DNA of 64,000 bases from Chiloscyllium plagiosum (Eukaryota), in assembly GCF_004010195.1 (NCBI RefSeq), contig NC_057752.1:9002766-9066765 (forward strand), written 5' to 3'. The notes below the pieces were generated by a model. That model did no database searches. It was not told the origin of the DNA and saw nothing but the letters and a program-made list of their open reading frames with translations. The translations under genes were made by a program, and so were the position numbers. Of the stretch, positions 50,401-61,689 are shown piece after piece. Each line of letters starts with the position of its first letter. The first letter of the stretch is position 1.

Positions 50401-51416
50401 AGCCCATTCTGAACGGTGGTGGGGGCATCTCCAGGAAAAGATTCACCATCAAAAGAAAATTACCAAATACACAACACCATGACAATGTCAAAACACAACA
50501 CTGTTTAAAATTTGATATCAGTGGGTCTTCCCACCCTTCCAAAAACAAATATTGCCAAAACATTTTTAATAAAGCCAATGCCCCTTTAAGCTGCATACAA
50601 TGTGGAAGCAAGTAACCAATAGGAATTATACCAAGAATAAGGTATTTAGTTCAAGAAGCAACTTCTACAAAGCCTGCAATAGTTGGTGATGTATTCAACG
50701 TGGGAACAACAAGACCTAAGGTCCATTAAGAGAAGCAAATACTTCACTGTTACTACAGCTCTGCACAGCACCAGTTACTTTGGACACCTCAAATTGGCCC
50801 CATATTTAGAGCTGCCAGTTTTGCCTTGCAAGATTTCTGTCCAAGAGTACACATCCCCTTTGGGGAAACATCTACTCAAATTACTCAATCTGGCTTCGAG
50901 TCTAGAACAATGCAGGCTCTGTTTGAGGCCACAGCCTACACAGTATGCACTACCATAGGAATACTAGAGATTGTACTGATGGAGTCAGAGTTAATGGATT
51001 TGAAATACTAACACAAAATGGAGTCTGTAGCATTCTCTCCACAGACGTTAACCATTGCTCTATTGTGCATATGTTTCTGCGACAAAGGGGTAGTCATAGC
51101 GTAAAAAAATTAAACATTTAAAAAAAGTTAACATTTTAACATTAATTTCTAGTTTTTGTGACAGAGTCAAACTGCTGTATCCTAAAATTATTTCCTACTT
51201 CCATCTCCTGTGTCAGTTAGGTTCATCACCAGAAAGATGTGGGGTTTTTTTCTGATCTGAACATGCTTTGCCAAATTTAAAGCCCTAATTTCAGTCTCCA
51301 GCTACAAGATTTTTTTTTAATTTTTTTTTGTTTTACTACAAAAACATCCTAAATAAATAGACATTTAAATCAGCAAAAAGCCAGAGGAAATTGTGCAAAC
51401 TAGCTGCAAAAATGCA

Positions 51417-52397
51417 TTACATCGTTACGGAGTTTGCTGCAGGGGCTTCCTCTGGGGACCTCTGACCTTCAGACTGGGAACACACATTCTCCACAGTCGG
51501 CTCAGGCGTACAAAGGTCACCATCAGGGGCCCTGGGGATGCCATTTTGAAGCTTTGAATGCAGCTGGAACTCCTGTTTAGTACTTTCAGTGTATACATTA
51601 GAACCAACATTTACTGAGGAATTACCATCTTCCATTGAGAGAAATTGTACATCACTGTATTTAGAGGTTCCTGTGTTTTCAGAAAAGTGCTCTGTGACAG
51701 ACACGTATGATGACAATGAGCAATTGGTAGCAGCAATTAAATTTTCGACAGCGTTTTCCTTACTGCAATTGGATTCTAATCCTGCATCCACATAATTCGC
51801 CTCCCTATCACTGCAGTTCACACCTACAGAACAGCTCTGGTCGATTTGATAATATAACACTGTGGGGTTGGTTAAATATGTCTGTTCCTCAGGTGTTGAG
51901 TTATCTTGAACAGTGCTAGCAGCAAAACACAACACAGGAGAAACAGGAGTCACTTCCGCTTGAATCACAACAGGCGTTGCTAGCCCTTCACAGGCTTCAT
52001 CAGGTCCAGCCACAGGATCTCCTAATATACAAACTTCAAGGCTGTCTACACTGGTATCCATGGTTACACTAGAACTGGTTAAATCATCCTCCTCTTCCTT
52101 TTTCCTGTCCATCTCCTCAGCAGACTGTAAGTGCATGACCGCAGTTTCATTCTCCAAATCATAATTTTCTGCAGTAAATTCCTGATAGTCTTGTACTTCT
52201 GTATGTCTATCATTGGAGCAATGGGAAATGGCAGGCAATGGCTGCTGATGATGGTCCTGCTGTTTGTTCTCCAGTTCCAGCTTCATGATAGTGTGCAAGT
52301 AATGAGTCCGTACGCGGATGGGGTTAAATTCAATCCGGCCAGCCGCATTAGCGCATCCATCTTTGGAGCACCCACAGGGAAAAGACATCCTGTCCAC
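51417..52397 (-). CDS. CSRNP2: CSRNP2 last coding exon ([10 protein letters not shown]...[22 protein letters not shown]...[14 protein letters not shown]...)
   Basis: aag acceptor; [14 protein letters not shown] and adjacency to LETMD1 (as in human) point to paralog 2; TAA stop. Confidence 0.95.
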   Translation of the reverse strand: MDRMSFPCGCSKDGCANAAGRIEFNPIRVRTHYLHTIMKLELENKQQDHHQQPLPAISHCSNDRHTEVQDYQEFTAENYDLENETAVMHLQSAEEMDRKKEEEDDLTSSSVTMDTSVDSLEVCILGDPVAGPDEACEGLATPVVIQAEVTPVSPVLCFAASTVQDNSTPEEQTYLTNPTVLYYQIDQSCSVGVNCSDREANYVDAGLESNCSKENAVENLIAATNCSLSSYVSVTEHFSENTGTSKYSDVQFLSMEDGNSSVNVGSNVYTESTKQEFQLHSKLQNGIPRAPDGDLCTPEPTVENVCSQSEGQRSPEEAPAANSVTM

Positions 52398-53064
52398 CTT
52401 AAGGAGAAGAGATTGATATTAATAAAGTGAGGATAGTTACACTGAGGTAATATTACCAGACCAATAATTGGGAGGTCAGCACTAATGCACCAGAGACACA
52501 GGTTCAAATCCAGCTATGGAAGTTGAGGGAATTTAAATTTGATTAATTAATTAAAATTCTAAAATAAAATGTTGGTCTTATTGAATTTTAACTGTCCTCT
52601 AACAGCCTCACAAGCCATTCAGTTGTGACCTGCTGAAGGGCAATAAACATTGGCCTTGCCAGTAATGCTAACAGGTCATTAATGAATACATTAAAAAGTC
52701 TAAAGGGCAATATAGCGATATGTTAGAAACAAAATCAGAAATTGCTGGAGAAGCTCAGCAGGTTTGGTAGCATCTATGGAGAGAAAGCAGAGTTAACATT
52801 TCAGGTCGAGTGACTCTTCAGCCAATTCTGAAAAACACAGTCACTGGACCTGAAACATTAACTCTGATTTATTTTCAGATGCTGCCAGATGGGCTGAGCT
52901 TCTCCAGCAATTTCTGATTTTGTTTTGGATTTCCAGCATCCACAGTTCTGTTTTTTGTATAGTGACTTGCTATAACATTGGTATACCATCACCCTACAAG
53001 GCAACCTGTCTCAGTGTGTAGGACCAACTCCATAGTCTGCCACAACAAACTGTTATTCATTGAG

Positions 53065-54105
53065 TCAGCCATGGTTCACTGGTGGCACTCTCACCTTTGA
53101 GTCAAGAGATTGTAGGTTCAATTCTCACTCCAGAGACTTAAGAAAAATGATGCCGACACTCAAGCAAGAGTGCGCTGCATGGTCAGAGGTGCCATCTTTC
53201 GGATGAAAGATTAGACCAGAGACCAAAGGTGGTATCCTTTTCCCTGGCAGCAACCCAAGGTTAAGTCACATTTAACCCAGAGTTGAGCTTCTGCCTTCTT
53301 ATTTATGCCATCACTAACACTGCCCACTCCCACCTCCATTGCATTGTCCATCTTTGCCCTGTCTCAACTCACCTGCTGTTGAAACCCTCTTTTATGCCTT
53401 CATTATTTCTAGTCTTGACAGTTCCAGTGTTCTCCTGTACTCTACCCTTTGCAAACCTGAAGTCATCCAAAACTCTGCTGCTCATTCATAGCAAATCAAT
53501 TTCCACATTGGAAGCCAGAGACCACAGGGGCAATCATGCAACATCTTGGTGTTAAAATTCTATCCTTGCTTTTGATTCCTTCATGGCCTCATCCCCTACC
53601 TAGCTCTGTAACTTCCTCCAGCTCCACATATCTGAGCTCCTCCAATTCTGCCCTCTTGAGCATCCCCAATTTTAATTGTTCCCTCATTGGCACCTTCCGT
53701 TGCCTCAGCCGTAAGCTTTGGAATACCCTTCCTACAGTCCCAAAAAACTACCTCTTTGACCAAGCTTTTGCTTATCTGATCTAATTCTGTGAATTGGTGT
53801 TTTGTTTTATAATGCTCCAATGAAGTATCTTGGGACATTTTAGTAAGTCACTGACGCTAAACAAATGTTGTCCTTGTTGTATTTTGTGAGCAGGGGAATA
53901 ATCCTGGTCAACTGGCCAATATTTACCTTTCAAGTAAGCAACACAAAAAAAAACATTGTGGGAGCTTGCTGTGCACAAATTGGCTGCCGCACATCCCAAT
54001 AATACAACAGAGACTATATTTCAGAAGTACTTAATTGACTGTAATGTACCTTGGGATAGCTTGAGATCATGAAAGGTGCTATATAAATGCAAATCTTTCT
54101 TTTCT
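53065..54105 (+). mobile_element. Deu-domain SINE split by an L2-like LINE 3' fragment (~53230-53880)
   Basis: tRNA-like head 53065-53225, Deu core and tail 53880-54105; L2-type tail in between. Confidence 0.75.
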
Positions 54106-57100
54106 CATGGACATTGAGCAATTTACAGTTGAAGACATTTATCTAGTTAAATGGAAACATTATCAGAAGCTGCAAAATCACTTGCAGCTGGCATCTCATG
54201 TTCAGTCTTACATCTGTTTAACCATAAACACGGAACAACGCCTCACTCTATTCACCACCATTCCTGGCAACCAGATGTGGAGAGGTCCTAATGGGTTGAG
54301 AATAGACGTTTGATCCAGTATAGTCTCCTGAAAACCAGAATCCTTACCCATGGAGCAAGACACCTGTACATTACTCAAATTCTATAATGGTTGGGAAACC
54401 ATCTGAACATTAAAATCAATGTTGCAGCTGAAACAGCAGGACCAACTTTAAGCACCCATGGATTTATTTCAGCTGGAGGCCATCCAGCAACTCCCTGCCA
54501 GGATGAGAAACAGCCAGTGGTTTCCTGGCAGCCTCTTGGCTCAGTGTTGATCTTTAACTGATGGAAAGTCTGTTTAACTGTGCTTCAAAATCTCATTGCA
54601 AAGTTTTACTGGGGGTTAACCGAACAGTCCCAGTCAAAAGGGACACACTTTTGAGAGCATTTAATACAAGGGTCAAGTGGCCTATGTTCAAAATAAGGAG
54701 GGAATGAAAGTATTGAGATTTTTTTTTAAATTGTTTGTGGGCATCGCTGGCTAGGTCAACATTGACTGCCCATGCCTAATTACCCAGAGGACAACCAAGA
54801 ATCAACCACTTTACTGTGCATGATTCATGTGTAGGCCAGATTGGACAAGGATGGCAGGTTTCCTTCCCCAAAGGGCATTAGTGAACCAGATGACTTATGG
54901 GTTTATAAATAGATTTTTATTGAATTTGAATTTCACCATCTGCTGCAGTGGGATTTGAACCCACATACCCCACAACATTAGCCTGGGGTTCTGGGCTGCT
55001 AATTCAGTAACATTACCAGTACACCACTGCCTCTCCAGAGGGTGATGGGAGTTTGTGTCACGTCTAAGGACCTGCCTACAAAATAGCTTGGAAAAAGAGT
55101 AGTGAACTGAAGATTTCAGAGACTTTCCATACCCGTTTAGAATTTATTTGATAAAATCAGCCACAAGCAGCAATATTCAGGAAACTCATGAGTACATATT
55201 AATTATTAAAACCAGCTACAGGAATAATCATTTAAAGTCTGTTTGATGGTTTGCAAATTGTAACCCAATGTACTAATGAAACAACATTACCTCTAACTCA
55301 TACAGCTAATTAATCTGAAATCTAGAAAATAAATCATCTATTAAAAACTGCAAGCCTGTTGTGTTCTGAAATCACTTTTCCCGAACCAAACTGAAAGCGT
55401 TGCGAGTGCAGCCAGCATCATCTCCAGGGCCAGTCTCAGGACAACCTGTGATCATTTTCAGTTTGACTGAAGTACCACAACTTGCCCATAGGGCTGCAGC
55501 TGTCTCAGGGGGTTCTCGGTTGGGGCTGCCCTGATCAGGACCACACCCTGAACAACTTGCATTTACGTTGCAACTTACCATCCCAAAGATGCTTCACCTG
55601 AATGATTATCAAACAAACATTTTGATGCTAAGTCACATAAGGAGATATTTGGACAAGTAATCAAAGGTTTAGCCAAAGAGATAGGTCTTAAGGAATGTCT
55701 GAGAAAAGAAAAGAGAGCGCGAGAGGTTTAGGTGGTAATTCTGGAGCTCAAGGCCCATCAGCTTAAAGGGCAGCTGCCACTGGTAGACTGATTAAAATGT
55801 GCACAAGGTTGCGATTAAAGGTGTGTGAAGATCTCCAGCTGCATGGCTGGTGATGGTTAAAGAGAGAGGAGGGGGAAGAAGCCACGGAGGAGCTTGAAAG
55901 TAACTATGAAAATTTTAGAAGCTAAACTATTGCCAGACTGGTAGCAAATTTAGATAATTGAGTTGAGCTGAGCTGAGGGGGAGGGGCGTCAACTCAGGGT
56001 CTCAGTGCAAGTTTGGACACAGGGCAGGGGAATTTTGGATGAAGTAAATTTACATAATAGATTATGTATGAGCAAGGACTACTGAGACCCAGTTTATAGC
56101 TAGGAATACTCCAATAGAGCACCAGCTAAATTAGAACTAAAGGTACTCAATTTTCACTGGGCACAACAGGTAATGAAAAGGGATAGTGTTCAGTCTGTGA
56201 TTACATACAAAGCCCAGAGCCATTTTCATGCTATATGATCTTAATATATAGCAGAGGGCTGTTTGGATATTACTTCAGACCTGTACAGGAATCTCATTCA
56301 GACTAGTCAGAAGGTTAGAGTTAAGTCCATGTCCACGTTTTACTTTCATTGCAACCAAATAAATCATCTAAATTTGATGCTGGGGTTTAAAAAAAGAGAA
56401 CATAAGAATTGTTGCTTGCAGTTAAATTCTTATGTGTAGAATGCAGTAAAAGTTTTATTATATCCCTGGTCTACATTAAGCATACCTTAGGCACAAAAGC
56501 AGCAGTGGTGCTACGTCTGGCTACTGTGTCACAGGTCAAGGAGAATAGCAATGGCTCCTGGTCACTATTCAGTGGATCTTGCTGGAAAACAAGTGCAGGG
56601 ATGTATGTTGTGATGAGGATTAGGTTTGCCTAGCATGGTGAAAATGGCCATGAACTCATTGTGAGCCATTTACCTGCAAGTGCAGCTCAGCAAGAACCAG
56701 CAGAACTGATATTGGCCACTGACAGCAAATCAGCAGTCACTTTTATATTATGCCAGACTTGCACTTCCATAGAGTTCGAGCTATTTTGCGCAGCACATGG
56801 CAGCAACTTCTCAGCCTCTACAAAAGAGGAAGAGTGCAAATTTTTAACGAACAAAGATGGGATGAGAATTCCACAAATGAGCAATTCCACCATGGAAGTA
56901 TCATTTAAGTGGTATGCCTCAAATGTTACCATCAAAGGGATTTTTCTCCTGCTCAGCTTTCGGTGAGCAGGGGTATTAAACAGCCTGCAGCCACCAAGTT
57001 CCTTTTCTAGGCAAGGATTTCAGATTTGTGCTGTAGTCTTAGGAGTTTATTATTCAGATAATCAGTATCAGTGATTTGATATCACACAAGAGTTTACATT

Positions 57101-57172
57101 AAAAACAACACTGAATTAGTCTCCTGAGGTTGTATAATAGTCACTTCTATTGGCCGTAGGCTTTGACCTTAC

Positions 57173-57469
57173 CTGGCATTTGATTCCCGCTTTGCTACAG
57201 GGGCACACTTCAGGATCACAGTAAAACCTACAGTCGCACCCGCATTCCTCCCTGGACGAGCGAATGGCTCGCAGCTCATGCTTTTCCTCGGTATCAATCC
57301 TGTTGACGCCTGATGCACGTAATAAAGCTCTTCGCCTTTTTGTGGGTAGTGGTTGTAAAAAGAAATAGTCATCTACCTCAATACTGTCCACATCAATGTC
57401 ATCGTCAGAAACGTCATCAATGGTGAGTACATTGGCTTCCTCCGACTCAACTGTACCGTTCTTTGTCAA
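57173..57469 (-). CDS. CSRNP2: CSRNP2 internal coding exon (LTKNGTVES...[20 protein letters not shown]...CGCDC...GIKCQ)
   Basis: cag acceptor, CAG|gtaagg donor; 297 nt, phase 0; Cys-rich CSRNP domain. Confidence 0.96.
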
Positions 57470-58867
57470 CTGTTGAGAAATATTTAGAATAATTTATGGT
57501 CAGGTATCTGTGGGACAAAGAACAAGACCAATAGTATATGTTCTGGTGCAATGTTTCCATCAGATTTCACTGCCAAATGCGTTCATACTACAAGCTATGT
57601 TGTCCTCAGATGTGAAAGCTCATCACAATAACTGCATTATGCAACTTTCTAGAGGAAAACTTAGACAATTTTGGAATAAGCCTCATCTCTGATAAAAACA
57701 GAAAAGAAACGGGTAGCGTCTGAGTCATCTCCAATAAAAGCATCATCATCAGTCTGCAGCTTACAGCCCAGGGGTCCAACAATTAATGTGCCGGTAAGAG
57801 AGGAGATTGATCAATGTCACCTCTAATCCCAAGGATATGCTCAGTTATAATACATGGTGCATGATAGACTCAAGGGCAAGTTACAAACATTAACAGTGCA
57901 TTTAGTTTCCAAGGGAGTCTGCAAGAAAAGATCCCTGGAAAATACTGGTTTTAATACAACCTGCCACAGTATTCTACAGTCTACAAGCAAACATCAGTAT
58001 TACAATCCATTCTTTCCATCGTACTTAATTTTATCAAAAACTATTTGCTGTTTACCATTTGGAATTAATTGATTTTTTTTTGCACCTTAAAACTGCTTTC
58101 TCCCAATGGAATGGAATCTATAAATCAAACGAAAGCTACTTTTGCTTTTAAAAAAAAAAATAGATAAAACAATTGCAGAGGAATAAAACAAAGAATTGTG
58201 ATGCTGGAAATCTGAAATACAAAAACAGAAATTGCTGGAGAAACTCTGGCAGCATCTGTGGAGAGAAAACAAATAATTTGGGGTGACTGGACTCGAAACA
58301 CTAATTCTGCTTTCCCTCCACACTTACTACTAGAACTGCTGAGTTTCTCCACTAATTTTTGTTTTGTGTGTTAATAGCCGAGAGGATCTGTCTTCGAGTC
58401 AGGGCGCTAATGGAAAATTTAGAATGTGCAGTCCAAGACCACCTCTCCAGACACATGTTTTGTGACTTATCAAAGGAGTGAGGGTTGAATTTATTACATT
58501 AAGTGGCACATAATAATTGATGCTAGAATTGATGTTAGCCTCAAAACGATCTCCTACCAACCCTAGCACACAGAGGCACTGTGGATCCCAGACTGTTAAC
58601 ACACATGCTCCATTTCACCATCCCATCTCCTTCCCCAGTTCAAAACTGATCCTGTTATCCTATTTCCACTGCCCCCCCCATTGGCATTTAGAGTTGGACA
58701 TAAAAGATCTCTTATTTTGAAGAAGAAAGAGAAGGGGATTTCCCCTGAGGCAATGGAGGAAAATGGATAAAGCTCGTGTCAAACACATGATTTGGTGATA
58801 TAGCATGTGGGAACCAAGATTTGGTAATCTGGAATGAGGATGAGGTTAAGATTTTAGACTCTTTAAA

Positions 58868-59146
58868 TTAGATTACTTACAGTGTGGAAACATGTCCTTC
58901 GGCCCAACAAGTCCACACCGACCCTCCAAAGAGCAACCCACCCATTCCCCTACATTTACCCCTTCATCTAACACTACGGGCAACTTAGCATGGCCAATTC
59001 ACCTAACCTGCACATCTTTGGACTGTGGGAGGAAACCGGAGCACCCGGAAGAAACCCACGCAGACACGGGGAGAATGTGCAAACTCCACACAAACAGTTG
59101 CCGGAGGCAGGAATTGAACCCGGGTTTCTGGCACTGTGCCACCGTG
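58868..59146 (-). mobile_element. HE1-type SINE
   Basis: V core, CR1-like tail. Confidence 0.9.
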
Positions 59147-60059
59147 CTGCTCTTGGTGGAGAATACCCTATCAGACAAATTCTCAGCTATGCTTTCTTGT
59201 AGAAGGACTTCAAATTGTAATAATCATTTTAAAGTGAGACCCAAAGTGTTGAAATCGGAAAGAACATCAGAAAGTGAGATTGATGTATTACAATACGACA
59301 ATACACTAATGAGCTCAGCTCCTCCATTTATTACACAAAATGGTCTGAGAGATCATCACTATGTTCTATCTGCTGTAAGTGTAACATTATGTTCTGTACA
59401 CATAACACTACCATCAAAAGAACAATCAAGTCTACAAACAATTATGAAAAGGTGAGGCAAAATACGCAGTAAACTTGCCAAGTCCTCCCTGAAAAATATC
59501 CAAACATTTCCTGTTTGATGCTGGACTCTGTTTCAACATGCAGCCTCATTACATAAATGCATCAAAACAGTACTCAGTGTCCTAAAAGGAATTCAAATTT
59601 TGCTGGTGAAGTCAGACACGTGAACACCTGCATGAACTCCAGCATCATGCAATTACACCTCGCTCACTTTGAGATTGAAAGCAAGATCACTCATTTCCCT
59701 CACAGCGAAACTGTGTTTAGGTCAAGCAGCCCAAGAGAAAAAGGCCAAAATCCCATGGCAGATCTGGGAGTCAGATGTGTTGGAGGAAGTATTTTTGAGA
59801 GCTTGTAGTAATTCACCCAGAGATGAATCTCAGTGAAGTTACCTCCTGTAAAAGACCTGCAGATTGAAGCACTGAGGACACTAAACTGTAACAAGTAATT
59901 TTGTTGAGACACTTCAATCATGAGAATGACATAGAATTGCAACCTTCCAATGAAGCAAGTAGCCTTAACATTGTTTATCCGCCCTGTCCCCATATCAGTC
60001 CCCTTATCCACTTGGCACCATTCACAATTAGTTGAAGTAGAAACAATATCCAGTCTAAG

Positions 60060-60268
60060 AGGAGAAAGTGAGGACTGCAGATGCTGGAGATCAGAGCTGA
60101 AAATGTGTTGCTGGAAAAGCGCAGCAGGTCAGGCAGCATCCAAGGAGCAGGAGAATCGACGTTTCGAGCAAAATTCCTGAAGAAGGGCTCATGCCCGAAA
60201 CGTCGATTCTCCTGCTCCTTGGATGCTGCCTGACCTGCTGCGCTTTTCCAGCAACACATTTTCAGCTC
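60060..60268. mobile_element. Fold-back Neptune-type PLE terminal element
   Basis: Arms ~60093-60170 and ~60192-60269; opposite polarity to 1609-1806. Confidence 0.88.
60172..60209 (+). ncRNA. Minimal type-I hammerhead ribozyme motif (PLE-borne)
   Basis: CTGAAGA-A-GGGC(TCAT)GCCC-GAAA-CGTC at 60177-60204. Confidence 0.7.
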
Positions 60269-61138
60269 TACTTCAACTAACCACAGCCCTCCAAAATGCA
60301 ATCTATAGCTTCACAATTAATTTACTCCCACAAAGATACTAATAATTTAAATTCATCCTGTGTCAGCTAAGTCACTTGTGAGATATCGAAAAATCAACCT
60401 TCCAGTACAATGTCCCAGTGGCATTCTGCATTAGAAGGCTAGTTCTTTAGCCCAGTGTTGACTTGGGCTGTGACCCTTAATTAAGTTGACCTTGTTCCAT
60501 AAAAGTAGACTGGGATGATAGAACTTAAGGGCATTTGCATTCAACTTGAAAACAATGTCTTTAAAATTTATTCTTGGGATGTGGACTTCATCGTCAAGAC
60601 CAGCGTTTATCACCCATCCTCAAGACTGTGGTGACAAGCCATCTTCCAGATTTGTACATTGAAATTCCTTGCCGAGCCATTTTAAAGGAGCAGTTAAGAG
60701 TCAACCCAAGTGGTTCTGAAGTCACGTAAAGGCCAGACCAGGTTTGGACAAAATATTTTCTTCCCCAAAAAGGAGTTTCATGAATCATTTAGGCTATTAC
60801 AACAATCTGGTTTGTTTCATGTTCACCAATACCTTTTAAACCCAAATACTGTGGTGGGATTTGAACACCTGTCTCTACAGCTTGAGTCCAGGCTTCTGGA
60901 TTACTATCCAATAATATAACCTTTGAACATTAAATAATTAAACACAAAGGCTTCTTGCAGCCTGGAGTCACTCAGCTTCTGGACACTGCTTGCTGACTGT
61001 CTGGTTAAAAGAACCCTCTGGGTTCTGACAGCACAGTTACTCCAGTTGTACTTGAGAGCTTCATTCAAGTCACAAAGGGTAAGTTATTCAGAAGGAATCA
61101 CAACCAAACCACCAGCCTCAAACAGGTAAACCTTTTAC

Positions 61139-61398
61139 CTTCATTTTTCGCACGTTGAGCTTCTCCTCCTTCAGATGGTCACGGAGCATTTCCCGGTGAA
61201 GGTGTTCCTGCTCCTGCGCAAACTCACACAGCGTGTACCTGCGGATGCAGTTGTGGCGCCTGGCCATGCCCAGGGAACTGCCTCCCTGGCTCGGCACACT
61301 GGTGAACCCTTGGCGGCGTGTGAAGTAGTAGACAGTGACCTGGTCAAAACGAACATTCTTTACTCTCAGCCGCTTCTGCTTCTTCAAGATTGAAGTTG
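61139..61398 (-). CDS. CSRNP2: Cysteine/serine-rich nuclear protein 2, internal coding exon (TSILKKQKRLRVKNVRFDQVTVYYFTRRQGFTSVPSQGGSSLGM...RKMK)
   Basis: CSRNP signature; ttttcag acceptor, AAG|gtaaaa donor; upstream exon(s) are outside the window. Confidence 0.95.
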
Positions 61399-61689
61399 CT
61401 GAAAAGGAAATTCAAAAGTAGTCAATGACTGAACACTGCACTGAAATCAGATCAAGCAGGAGCATTAGAAGAAGGGAATGCACCAAGACTGTTGTTAAGT
61501 ACTGGTGTACAGAGCACTCGTTGTAGTCTAATACATCCATTTTTAAACTCCCTTGTGGAAGCTTGCTGCAAATTGACTGCTGGGTTTTCTGACAACAGTA
61601 CTTAGTAACAGTTTTAGACTTTAAAATGATGATAGAGAAGGACAGGAGTCAAGTTAATAGATTAGAGAAAAGACAATTTTGAGGAACTG

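Noticed and set aside
59950..60301. ORFs containing LKMCCWKSAAGQAASKEQENRRF (also 34427-34774, 17089-17344)
   Set aside because: Chance translations of the palindromic PLE terminus, not genes
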